Assembly (NCBI GenBank): GCA_016286385.1
Contig: JAEESO010000013.1
Span: forward strand, 1,193-65,192
Length of the DNA: 64,000 nucleotides
Direction of reading: 5' to 3'
Origin: Bacteroidales bacterium
Lineage (GTDB): Bacteria > Bacteroidota > Bacteroidia > Bacteroidales > UBA932
A program made the translations under genes and the position numbers. This document shows positions 8,141 to 17,217 of the stretch, piece after piece. Within the stretch, counting starts at the first letter, position 1. Each line of letters begins with the position of its first letter. Under the pieces are notes generated by a model. The model was not told the DNA's origin, did no database searches, and saw only the letters and a list, made by a program, of their open reading frames with translations.

Positions 8141-8350
8141 CACCTTTGACACCGGAAAGACACGAAATAGATATTTATAACATAGCGAAAGCATTCGCAC
8201 TGTTCGGAACTTGAAATCCAGCCAATTTCTTTTATCCAACCGAATAAGTTGCAATGCCTGCGTCGAAAAGGCGCAGGTGAAACTTATTTGTTGGAGAAGG
8301 CACCTGGCTGGAACCCCAAGTTCAAGTAAGAGTCACCTGTGCCCGTTTTA
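8141..8350 (+). ncRNA. Putative structured leader/small RNA with no downstream same-strand gene
   Basis: -33 tttg (8117) and -7-like cacctttg (8141); long bulged hairpin 8207-8323; 8332-8348 is complementary to the inner arm. Confidence 0.4.
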
Positions 8351-8385
8351 TATATAGGCAGCCGCAGAATGAGATAATTGGTTTT

Positions 8386-10014
8386 TTATATTTTAGTTTT
8401 TTTCTGCGGTTGCCTTTCTAAATATGTAAGAAAAAGTTTCTCGTTATCACATCCGGCTTCTTTAATGTCTTTTCTGAGTCGGGAACGATATGTTTTAATG
8501 CTTCCCACCGATTGCTTTTTTACAATATACTGAATCAGTTCATCCGGAACTCCGGCAAAGAATAAGGCGATAGTCTTCATATTATCTTTTGTGACAGACG
8601 GTACTTGCTGGGAGATTTTTATTATGATGTCACCAAGATAATAATTAAGCATTTTGTAGAGTTCTAAGAAGGCACTTTCGTTATCGTATAGGCCGGACAA
8701 GTCTTTTTTAAAAGTGACTAAATCCCTTTTACTACTAACTTCCCCGAAGCAGGAAACCAGATCACCAAGATGTGCATACTTTTCTAAGAATAGTGTTCCG
8801 ACTAAATCGGCAGATGCCTTGCCGGACAAATTCTTTTGTACTTCCAGATGAGCAATAGTATCTTTCAAGAGTCTCTCTTCTCGTATGTTTTTTTCTCTAA
8901 AATATATGAAAAGCAAGAAGACAAAAACAAGCGCAGTAAAGGACCAAACAAAAATCATTGTTCTCTGTTGTTTTAACCTTATTCTCTGAAGAGCGGCATC
9001 TTGCATATAATAGTCCCGTTGAGCAATACTTAAGGACTGATGCAGAAGAGCCCTTGTTAGGGAATCCTGGACCATTGCCGCCTTTTTGATATGTTTAAAA
9101 GCTAAATTATGTCTATTAGAGGCGTGGTCAATATCTGCTTGCAAAAAATCAAGGGTTGCCTTTTCCCGATTATTCTCTGCGATTTTGAAACCTTGTTGGA
9201 TCCAGTAATCGGCAGAATCAAGTTGTCCAACGATCACATGTGCTTGCGAGCGATATCCATAATCAAGAAAATTATAGTAAGCCAAAGGCACTTTACGATA
9301 TATATCAATAGCTCGGTATACAGAATCTTCGAGTTCTACACATATCTGTGCATAGCATAATTCGCTATTAACTTTAAGATTATTGTCTGCGGTTGAAATT
9401 AGACCCATAAGTATTTTACGCGACTCATTATATCTAAAATCGTTCATAAGGTCCACGGCAAGAGAGAATAAGGCATATTGCACATAGGCCGTATCTCTAT
9501 TCTGCCGAAAAGCGTCTATGGCTTTTTTGTGATAATCTGCCGCCGCCGCCATATTATTTGATAAATAATAAATATCAGCAATATTTCTGTATGAAAGACC
9601 CAAATAGCGCAAATCCTTTTGTCCGTTAGCAAGGTCAGCGGCGTATTCTAATGATATTATGGCGGCAGGATAATTTGTTGCGTTCTTTTGAATTAATCCG
9701 TAATAGTAATATGTTAACATTCGGTATTGAGGTTGCCGTCTTGATTTAGTGTAGTAATTGACAGCAATGTTGATGAGGGAATCATCTGTGATATCTATAT
9801 AACTTTTGTCAAAAGCCATTGATTTCAACAACGCATATCTGGCGCTTACGCTTTGGCCGTGTAGTTGTCTTTGTGGGATTCTTTCAAGATGGGAAAGTGC
9901 GCTGTCTGGGGATTGTTCAATTTCCAACTCAAGCCGGTCAAGTTTTTTATTGATATCTAACCGACAAGAATTGAAACTCAATAAACAAAGGAGAAAGAGT
10001 AGGCGATATTGCAT
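8386..10014 (-). CDS. TPR-rich membrane-anchored lipoprotein/regulator with C-terminal HTH-like region
   Basis: Lipobox LSFNSC, TPR-like helices, one TM, C-terminal SIKTYRSRLRKDI; AT-rich. Confidence 0.7.
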   Translation of the reverse strand: MQYRLLFLLCLLSFNSCRLDINKKLDRLELEIEQSPDSALSHLERIPQRQLHGQSVSARYALLKSMAFDKSYIDITDDSLINIAVNYYTKSRRQPQYRMLTYYYYGLIQKNATNYPAAIISLEYAADLANGQKDLRYLGLSYRNIADIYYLSNNMAAAADYHKKAIDAFRQNRDTAYVQYALFSLAVDLMNDFRYNESRKILMGLISTADNNLKVNSELCYAQICVELEDSVYRAIDIYRKVPLAYYNFLDYGYRSQAHVIVGQLDSADYWIQQGFKIAENNREKATLDFLQADIDHASNRHNLAFKHIKKAAMVQDSLTRALLHQSLSIAQRDYYMQDAALQRIRLKQQRTMIFVWSFTALVFVFLLFIYFREKNIREERLLKDTIAHLEVQKNLSGKASADLVGTLFLEKYAHLGDLVSCFGEVSSKRDLVTFKKDLSGLYDNESAFLELYKMLNYYLGDIIIKISQQVPSVTKDNMKTIALFFAGVPDELIQYIVKKQSVGSIKTYRSRLRKDIKEAGCDNEKLFLTYLERQPQKKTKI

Positions 10015-10063
10015 TTTTATTTTTTCAGTAAATATACATATCGGGGGCGAATAATGCAAACCA

Positions 10064-10135
10064 CGCCATAAAATGTAACCTGTTTTGACTCGACCATATT
10101 GATTATCAGTACTTTATGGCGCTAAAATGTAACCT
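10064..10135. promoter_or_regulatory. Operator-like structure between divergent islet genes
   Basis: Direct repeats taaaatgtaacct at 10069 and 10123 flank a tga-tta-tca...tta box (10092-10116); inverted repeat cgccataaa/tttatggcg. Confidence 0.45.
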
Positions 10136-10337
10136 CAAATTGTTCTTTTTCTTTTTTAAAATGTTGAATTTTGCATAAACCAATTATCATTGGAAGCCTT
10201 GAGTTTGAAGGAGAGTTTTATCTTTAGCCTAAAGAGCGAGGAGTACCAGAACCTCTCAGAAAATGCAACTCGGTAAAACATTGAAATACAATATTTGTTT
10301 GTATATTTACGCATTCGAAATTATGATAAAACACTCT

Positions 10338-11171
10338 ATGAAGAGTCCTTTTAATATCCTCGGCTTATCCGCGGCAATATTTTTCTCTGTAGCGTGCTCA
10401 TCTCATACAGATAGTACAATAATCAAAGATGAGCCAATATCCGGCCCGCATCCCGAGCCAAAGTGGGAAATAGTGTCTGGAGAATTTTTTGAATCGGATA
10501 TTATTCCGTGGCAACCACTTGAAACAAACGCGGAATTATTCAAGTCGTCTCTTTCTTTTCTTTCTGCGAAACCTCAAGGGGGCATAGTTATGGACTTAGC
10601 TCAATCCGACAACTCTCACTGGGGAGATATTAATAAGCATATTATTGACTCGGATGATTTTTGGAAGCCGGAAACCTGTTCAGATCAAAAAGTTCAAACA
10701 CTTTTGCGTGATTTTGATGCCGTCTTTTCTTCTTATCTTCGAAATCTGTGGAAATACAGTCCTGATGACGGGATTTATTCAGCGCTGCTTATGTGCGATG
10801 GTGACGTAACAATAACGTCCAAGCATACGGTTTTTGGAGAATCTCCGGGAACCAATCTATCCAAATACTTTAAGTTTATTTGCGGTAGTTACCAAGTGTA
10901 TTTCAAAGGGTTGTCCTTTGATGTTGAAAAGCATACTCTAGGGGTATCACTGTCTGAGCGGTTTGGGAAAGATAATATGATGCCGTTCAGAGTTTTCGTC
11001 ATATACACCGATGAGCCCTTTGACGGCCCCGTTGACATTACAATTGAAATCCCGGTCAAGAAAGTGATGTACCTGTCATATCTGCGGGATCTCAAACGGG
11101 ATGCAAACGCTGAGTTACAACTTGTGCCGATGACCCTTCACGCAGAGTTTACGCTCAATAACCTCAACTAA
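10338..11171 (+). CDS. Hypothetical lipoprotein
   Basis: Signal peptide ending FSVAC; open frame; AT-rich. Confidence 0.7.
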   Translation: MKSPFNILGLSAAIFFSVACSSHTDSTIIKDEPISGPHPEPKWEIVSGEFFESDIIPWQPLETNAELFKSSLSFLSAKPQGGIVMDLAQSDNSHWGDINKHIIDSDDFWKPETCSDQKVQTLLRDFDAVFSSYLRNLWKYSPDDGIYSALLMCDGDVTITSKHTVFGESPGTNLSKYFKFICGSYQVYFKGLSFDVEKHTLGVSLSERFGKDNMMPFRVFVIYTDEPFDGPVDITIEIPVKKVMYLSYLRDLKRDANAELQLVPMTLHAEFTLNNLN

Positions 11172-12144
11172 ATGAGTGTCATTGCAAGACTAAGGCATTG
11201 AAATACATTTCCTGCAACGCCCCTAGGTGAAAATGCATCTATATTATGGTTGCTTATCTTCTTTGTTATGAGATAGTTAATCGGCCCAAATATGGCTTTA
11301 CAGATGGGAATAGATTCATTAACATATAAGTCTTTTGTAAATCAGTTGGCATTATGAATCAATACGTTTCAGTTATTCTAAAGGGCCTTTTAAGTCTTAT
11401 TATTATCACGGCTCTTGTTTGCTGTAGCAAGTTGTTGGAAAATGGGGAAGGGATGGGAAGAAATATTTTACACTTTTCAATTAATAGTGAATCTGTCAGC
11501 CAGGTAGAAAGAGGCGTCCGAATGCTCCATAATTTTAGGACGGAGAACGGGCTGTTTCTTTCATCTCCCCTGTCTTTTGCCGCCTTTAACTCTGATGACG
11601 ATGGCTATACTACTATTCGGGCAGTCCTGAATTCTCCCACATATTATGAATTACGGATGAAGATGCCAACCGATAAGATAACCGAGGGCGTGACCTGTAG
11701 TCCAGAAGTGTCATTATACTATGTGCTATTGCCACAGATTAGAGAGAAGAGATACACGGACGAAACGGGATTCACCCATTATAAGACAATTCGTCAAGCG
11801 GTTTACGGTAAAGCTCAAGTCTCAGAAGCAAGCCTAAAAGTCCGTTCTTATTTTCCGGAAAATGACCCAAGAAAAGGCAAGCCTCGCACACCAACCCTTT
11901 GCGGTAATTTTTCTTTTTCTGGACATTACAAGGATTCTCTTGAGAATGTTATATCTTTCAAGGTTGTTGACGGCTATTTTGACGTGTCTGACAGTCCAGT
12001 GATATTTGGCCGGACTCCTAGAGAAAATGGTTGGTTAGAATATGACACCGTAGTTCTAGAGGATTAATCTCAAGTATCAGAATAATAAGTTTACGCTCAA
12101 TAACCTCAACTAAATGAGTGTCATTGCAAGACTAAGGCATTGAA
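11146..12144 (+). repeat. 57-bp perfect direct repeat pair (11146-11202, 12088-12144)
   Basis: agtttacgctcaataacctcaactaaatgagtgtcattgcaagactaaggcattgaa occurs twice. Confidence 0.95.
11354..12067 (+). CDS. Hypothetical lipoprotein
   Basis: Signal peptide ending ALVCC; lies between the 57-bp repeats. Confidence 0.7.
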   Translation: MNQYVSVILKGLLSLIIITALVCCSKLLENGEGMGRNILHFSINSESVSQVERGVRMLHNFRTENGLFLSSPLSFAAFNSDDDGYTTIRAVLNSPTYYELRMKMPTDKITEGVTCSPEVSLYYVLLPQIREKRYTDETGFTHYKTIRQAVYGKAQVSEASLKVRSYFPENDPRKGKPRTPTLCGNFSFSGHYKDSLENVISFKVVDGYFDVSDSPVIFGRTPRENGWLEYDTVVLED

Positions 12145-12208
12145 TTACATGTCCCCGCAACGCGGAGATAACTCTCCGTTACGGATATGCCTTCTGACAC
12201 CGTAAACG

Positions 12209-12979
12209 CTATATCCTGTCAATATCGGCCCAACCAAACCTGGCGGGATACAGCCAGGCGCGTTCCGTGTGCTCCATGACGCCGTAGTCAAGTGATACCT
12301 TGGGGCATTCACTGTAGGCCCTTTCCACAAAGGCGGGCTCCAGGATGTGCTCCTTCCAGCCGCGGAAAAGTTCCGTCACTTCAGGGACGTACTTTTCCAG
12401 TTCCTGGCAAATTGTATCGGCCTTCCAGATGAAAATACCGCTGTTCCAGAAGAATTCACCGGTGCGGATAAATACCTCGGCAAGCTCCTGAGAGGGCTTT
12501 TCCGTGAAGGTTTTCACCTTCAGGGGGCCGGCCATGAGGTGGGCGTTACGGCCTTCCTTCACCTGGATGTAGCCAAAGTTTACCTCGGCCGATTTGGGGA
12601 CAATCCCAAGGGTCATGAGGACGTCGTGCTCCTCTACGTACGCGAAGGCGTCGTTCACTGTTTCTGCAAACATGGATTCGTCCCGGATCACAAGGTCCCA
12701 CGGGGTGGCAACTATCACTGCCTCAGGGTCACGTAGAAGGATTGTATATGCCGCCAGGGCCATACAGGGCGCCGTTTTTCTTGCGAAAGGTTCCCTTAGA
12801 ATATTTTCCGGGGGGAGCATGGGGAGAGCCTTCCTTGCTTCATCGGCATACTTTGCGAGCGTTACCACCAGGATGTTCTCATCCGGCACTACGCCCTGGA
12901 ATCTGTTATATGTAAGGGCGTACTGGGAGCGGTTTCCGCTGCCATCGGCCATTATTACACAGTATCTGTGGTTATTCAT
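12209..12979 (-). CDS. Mannose-1-phosphate guanylyltransferase-like, degenerate/truncated
   Basis: EPFARKTAPC, GYIQ, FTEKP, FFWNSGIF, SLDYGVME, FGWAD; GGxGxRLWP..PKQF motif missing and C-terminus short. Confidence 0.75.
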   Translation of the reverse strand: MNNHRYCVIMADGSGNRSQYALTYNRFQGVVPDENILVVTLAKYADEARKALPMLPPENILREPFARKTAPCMALAAYTILLRDPEAVIVATPWDLVIRDESMFAETVNDAFAYVEEHDVLMTLGIVPKSAEVNFGYIQVKEGRNAHLMAGPLKVKTFTEKPSQELAEVFIRTGEFFWNSGIFIWKADTICQELEKYVPEVTELFRGWKEHILEPAFVERAYSECPKVSLDYGVMEHTERAWLYPARFGWADIDRI

Positions 12980-12994
12980 TATGTGGTTGGTTAT

Positions 12995-13378
12995 TTATAC
13001 AAACATTGGTATCCAGGCCTGGGGGAAGTACCTCACAAGGGTTTCCTGCTGCTCTACGGTGACGGAAACTACGTCAAAGAAGACCTCTTGGCCGTACATG
13101 TGCTTTGCGTTCAGGTATCTTAGCGCCGCGGCCGATATCCTCTTCTGCTTGACGGGATTAACCTGGTCACTGATGGTGGTGGTGACGGGAGCCTTGCGGG
13201 TTTTCACTTCCACAAAGTGAAGGCCGTCAGGGCCCTCCGACACAATGTCTATCTCCAGATGGCCGGCCCGCCAGTTGCGGTCCAGTATGTGCTGGCCGCG
13301 GGATTCCAGGAAATCGCAGGCCATCTGCTCTCCAAGTTCTCCTAACTTGCTGGTTCTAAGAACGTTCATGCTATTCAA
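12995..13378 (-). CDS. yraN: YraN (UPF0102) family nuclease-like protein
   Basis: GELGEQMA, RNWR..HLEIDIV, FVEVKTR, FDVVSV. Confidence 0.9.
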   Translation of the reverse strand: MNSMNVLRTSKLGELGEQMACDFLESRGQHILDRNWRAGHLEIDIVSEGPDGLHFVEVKTRKAPVTTTISDQVNPVKQKRISAAALRYLNAKHMYGQEVFFDVVSVTVEQQETLVRYFPQAWIPMFV

Positions 13379-15884
13379 ATTTTACCACGGTGACTCCGGC
13401 TCCACCAAACTGTACGTGCTCGTCCTGGGCCGATACAACTCCCGGCACAGTGCGCAGGTACTTCTGAATCTCCTCCCTCAGTGCACCGGTTCCTTTTCCG
13501 TGCAAAATCCGCACCGAAGGGACGCCTAACATAAGGGCGTCGTCAACATATTTCATAACAATTTCCAGGGCGTCCGTCACACGCTCCCCGCGGACGTCAA
13601 GTTCCGTGGAGAAATTGGCCTTGCGCTCTCTTATGGCGGTGTCATAAACCTGCCTGGGGCGCTGGTCCGGAGCCTTGGCAACTGCCTTGTATTCATTTGC
13701 GGTAATGCGCTCTACACGGTCCAGGGGCAGTTTTGTGGTGATATTGCCCACAATTACCGTGACCGCTTTTGTGCTTACCTTGGAAACTTCTCCCACCATC
13801 CCGTTCTCCTTGATGCGGACCTTCTCCCCAACCTTGAGGGGAGCGCTGCGGAAGGCGGCTTCCTTGCGGGCCTGCTCCTGGTCCTCCTCCATCTGCTTCA
13901 AGGTTTCCCCGCCTGCGCGGCGCTTCTTGCGGGCATCTTCACGGGCTTTTCGGTCCTGGACATCCTTGAGTTTACGGTCAATGTACTTTTCCCGTTTGCT
14001 GGTGCCTTCTGCAAGTGCGCCAAGGAAGCCCTGAAGCTCTGCCCTGGCAGCCTTGGTTTCCTCTTTCTGGGCCTGGGATTCCTTGATGGCGCGGATGGTC
14101 CCCTCTACGCGTTTATTGGCCTCCTTCACTATCTTTTCCGCCTCTGCGCGGGCCTCATCCAGGATGCGGCGACGCATCTCTTTTATCTCCTCAAGTTCCT
14201 TTTCATAGCGGTCCGTGAGGCCCTCGAGTGTTTTGTCCGTAGCGCGGATTTTGGAAAGTTTCTCATCCAGCGCGCGGCGGCTTCTGGCAATCTTCCGGAG
14301 GTTTCTCTCAATACCCACAAACTGCTCTCCGGCGCGCTCCTCTGCGTCGTGAACTATTGTTTCCGGGAGCCCCATCTTGCGGGCCAGTTCAAAAGCGAAG
14401 GAAGAGCCCGGCAGTCCTTGCTCCAGAACAAAGAGGGGCGCCACCGTAGCGGCGTCAAACTGCATTGCGCCGTTTATGACGCCGGATTCTGCGGCCGATG
14501 CATACAGTTTAAGGTTGGTATAGTGGGTGGTGATTACGCCGTATGCGCCGCGGGTGTCCAGCTCATGGAGGATGGCTTCCGCTATGGCGCCGCCGGCTGC
14601 GGGTTCAGTTCCGCCGCCAAACTCGTCAATAAGCACCAGCGTCTTTGAATCGGCCACGCAGAGCATGGCCTTCATGTCCGTGAGGAAGGAGCTGTAGGTG
14701 GAGAGGTCGTTTTCCAGGGATTGGTCGTCTCCTATGGACACCATTATGCGGTCAAACACCGGGAGCTCCGACGTTTCCGATGTAGGGATGAGCATGCCCC
14801 ACTGGAACATATACTGAAGGAGGCCGGTGGTTTTGAGGCAAACGCTCTTTCCGCCGGCGTTGGGGCCGGAAATAAGGAGGATGCGTTTTTGGGGCGTGAG
14901 GGTTACCGTAAGCGGCACGATTGCCTTTTTCTCACGCTTAAGGGACCTTTCCAGGAGGGGATGGCGGGCTTTCCGGAGCCTCAGGGCGCCGTCCTCACTC
15001 ACAACCGGCATTCCGGCAACGTAAGAGAGCGCAACATTGGCCTTTGCCATGATGAAATCCAGCTCTCCTATGAACTGGGCGCCGCCGATGAGCTCCGGCA
15101 CAAACGGCCTCAGGAACTCTGCAAATTCATAGAGGATCTTTGCAATCTCCCGGGTTTCGGCAAAATGCAGCTCAGATATCTCATTCTGCAGCGCCACAAT
15201 CTCTGCGGGCTCCATGAAGGTTGTCTTTCCCGTTGCGCTTTCGTCGTAGACAAAGCCCTGGAAGGCTCTTTTTTTGGCCGATGAAACCGGTATGAGCATC
15301 TTGCCGTCCCTTATTGCAACGGAGGCGTCAGCATCGGCAAAACCTTCCTGCTGCGCCTGCCTCAGGATGGCGTTCATGCGCTTGGAAACGTTTATTTCCT
15401 TATCCTTTATGCTGCGGCGGATCTTGTAAAGTTCGTCGCTGGCGGTGTCCTTGATTTCCCCGTGGCGGTCAAGGATGGAGTCTATGCGCTGCATTACCTC
15501 CGCGGGGGCGCTGATGCCGGCCGCCATATGCTGGAGGTTGGGGTAGATGCCTTCCTTGACGGTATGGAAAAAGTGGAGGGCCTTGCGGAGGGTGTCCAGA
15601 AGGGTGCGGAGCTTTCCAAGGGACAGGATGTCTATTGAGGCATTTTTGCCGATAGGTTCCAGGAACGGGATGGCGTCTATGTATCCGGAAGTGGGGAAAC
15701 TTTCCTCAAACATGAGGATGAGGCGCATCTCGTCCGTGAGAAGATGCCTTCTGTGGATTTCCTCCGGGATTGTGGAGAATTCCTCCGTCTCAACCCTTTC
15801 TGCAGCGTATTCCGTGCAGCAGCGGGCGCTTATATCGGCCCTAACCTTATCAAAGCCAAGCTTTGCCTCCAGCCTCTCAATCAT
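13371..15884 (-). CDS. mutS2: MutS2 with Smr domain
   Basis: ISGPNAGGKS, IGDDQSLENDLSTYSS, DEFGGGTEP, TTHY; Smr ILHGKGTGALR. Confidence 0.95.
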   Translation of the reverse strand: MIERLEAKLGFDKVRADISARCCTEYAAERVETEEFSTIPEEIHRRHLLTDEMRLILMFEESFPTSGYIDAIPFLEPIGKNASIDILSLGKLRTLLDTLRKALHFFHTVKEGIYPNLQHMAAGISAPAEVMQRIDSILDRHGEIKDTASDELYKIRRSIKDKEINVSKRMNAILRQAQQEGFADADASVAIRDGKMLIPVSSAKKRAFQGFVYDESATGKTTFMEPAEIVALQNEISELHFAETREIAKILYEFAEFLRPFVPELIGGAQFIGELDFIMAKANVALSYVAGMPVVSEDGALRLRKARHPLLERSLKREKKAIVPLTVTLTPQKRILLISGPNAGGKSVCLKTTGLLQYMFQWGMLIPTSETSELPVFDRIMVSIGDDQSLENDLSTYSSFLTDMKAMLCVADSKTLVLIDEFGGGTEPAAGGAIAEAILHELDTRGAYGVITTHYTNLKLYASAAESGVINGAMQFDAATVAPLFVLEQGLPGSSFAFELARKMGLPETIVHDAEERAGEQFVGIERNLRKIARSRRALDEKLSKIRATDKTLEGLTDRYEKELEEIKEMRRRILDEARAEAEKIVKEANKRVEGTIRAIKESQAQKEETKAARAELQGFLGALAEGTSKREKYIDRKLKDVQDRKAREDARKKRRAGGETLKQMEEDQEQARKEAAFRSAPLKVGEKVRIKENGMVGEVSKVSTKAVTVIVGNITTKLPLDRVERITANEYKAVAKAPDQRPRQVYDTAIRERKANFSTELDVRGERVTDALEIVMKYVDDALMLGVPSVRILHGKGTGALREEIQKYLRTVPGVVSAQDEHVQFGGAGVTVVKFE

Positions 15885-15887
15885 TTC

Positions 15888-16706
15888 CTATGCTTCCTCC
15901 TTGGCTAACAGAGTGTGGGCCAGGATGGACCTCAACTCATCTATGTTCTTAATTGTCTGGATCTCTCCTCCGTGGACGTAAGACACGTTTCCGGTTTCTT
16001 CAGATACCACAACCACGTCTGCGTCTGTGTCTTCAGTTACGCCGATGGCTGCGCGGTGCCTCATTCCGTAATGTGCGGGGATGTCCCTTCTGGCGGTCAT
16101 GGGGAGCTGGCAGCGGGCGGCTACAATGCGGTCTCCAACGATTATCATTGCACCGTCATGAAGGGGAGAGTTCTTGAAGAAGATGTTCATGATGAGGCGG
16201 CGGTTTATCTCCGCTTCAAAGGCATCTCCGGTGGCCTTGTACTCATCAAGGTCACTCTTGTGCTGGAGTACTATGAGGGCACCGGTTTTCTCTGCGGCCA
16301 TGGCCCTCACGGCCTCCGAGAGTTCCACTACGGACTGCGAGCCCATGGCTTCCTCCTTTATGCCCATCAGTTTGTTGAAGATCTCACCGCTCCTTCTGGA
16401 GAGGCCGGACTGAACGGCCACGCGGTTGAGGAGGTGACGGATTTCCGGCTGGAAAAGTATGATTATAGCAAGCACACCAACATCCAGAAGAGCTCCCAGT
16501 AGGGCGCTCATCATCCTCATGTTGAGGGCCTTCACCAGTGCCTGCAGAATGAGCAGCACGGCCAGGATGAGAACTATGTTAAGGATACCGGAGTCCTTTC
16601 TGATGCTTCTGATGAGGAAAAAGATGATGAGGGCTACCATCAGGATATCAAGGATATCCGCCCACCCGAAGCTCAAAAAACTAAATATTCCCAGTACACT
16701 CATCAT
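15888..16706 (-). CDS. cdaA: Diadenylate cyclase (CdaA/DacA)
   Basis: Three N-terminal TMs, FQPEIR, NSPLHDGA, GMRHRAA, VSEETG. Confidence 0.93.
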   Translation of the reverse strand: MMSVLGIFSFLSFGWADILDILMVALIIFFLIRSIRKDSGILNIVLILAVLLILQALVKALNMRMMSALLGALLDVGVLAIIILFQPEIRHLLNRVAVQSGLSRRSGEIFNKLMGIKEEAMGSQSVVELSEAVRAMAAEKTGALIVLQHKSDLDEYKATGDAFEAEINRRLIMNIFFKNSPLHDGAMIIVGDRIVAARCQLPMTARRDIPAHYGMRHRAAIGVTEDTDADVVVVSEETGNVSYVHGGEIQTIKNIDELRSILAHTLLAKEEA

Positions 16707-16854
16707 AGGATTACAAATATAGCAATTTTATTGCTATGCCACAAGGGCTTTTTGCCGCTGCCGGTCAGAAGTTTCCCCCACCACGCTGCGGGAATCATAC
16801 TCCAGAGCCGCGGGCGGCTACAGGTTTTGACACCAACGCTTCCTCTCCGCTTGT

Positions 16855-16958
16855 GGGGGCAACGAAAGGCACAAAAACGGCCGAAAACGTGTGAATCATT
16901 GACCAAATGGGCAATGAAACGCACAAAAACGGCCCAAAACGTGTAAGTCATTGCCCTG
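16855..16958. repeat. Tandem doublet of 52-bp palindromic units (locus B)
   Basis: gggcaaYgaaaSgcacaaaaacggccSaaaacgtgtRaRtcattgMcc at 16857 and 16909. Confidence 0.8.
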
Positions 16959-16980
16959 AAACATCTGTGGTGGCGCCACA

Positions 16981-17141
16981 GTCGCAGGTGATGGCTCGTA
17001 CCGTCGCAGGTCTGTGTTTTTGGCGTCACCTGCGACGCATATCGGCCTCAGGAGCAAAAGAACGTCGCAGGTGCGGCGTTTTTTGCAGACCTGTGACACT
17101 TCGGCATCAGACCTGCGACACTTCGGCGCGGGACCTGCGAC
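16981..17141. repeat. Cluster of seven gtcgcaggt/acctgcgac motifs
   Basis: Forward at 16981, 17003, 17064; reverse at 17028, 17089 (variant), 17111, 17133. Confidence 0.85.
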
Positions 17142-17161
17142 GTCTTTGGCCCCGGGACATT

Positions 17162-17196
17162 TGCAACCCGGTTGCAGAAACCTTCCAGTACCTTTG
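17162..17196 (+). promoter_or_regulatory. Palindromic operator plus -7 promoter box of the metal ATPase
   Basis: Perfect 7-1-7 palindrome tgcaacc-c-ggttgca (17162-17176); tacctttg at 17189-17196. Confidence 0.55.
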
Positions 17197-17217
17197 CATC
17201 AGAAACACACACCAGAT

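Noticed and set aside
16730-16860. Riboswitch upstream of cdaA
   Set aside because: No recognisable aptamer core; the cdaA -7-like box lies right next to its start codon, leaving this region outside the leader
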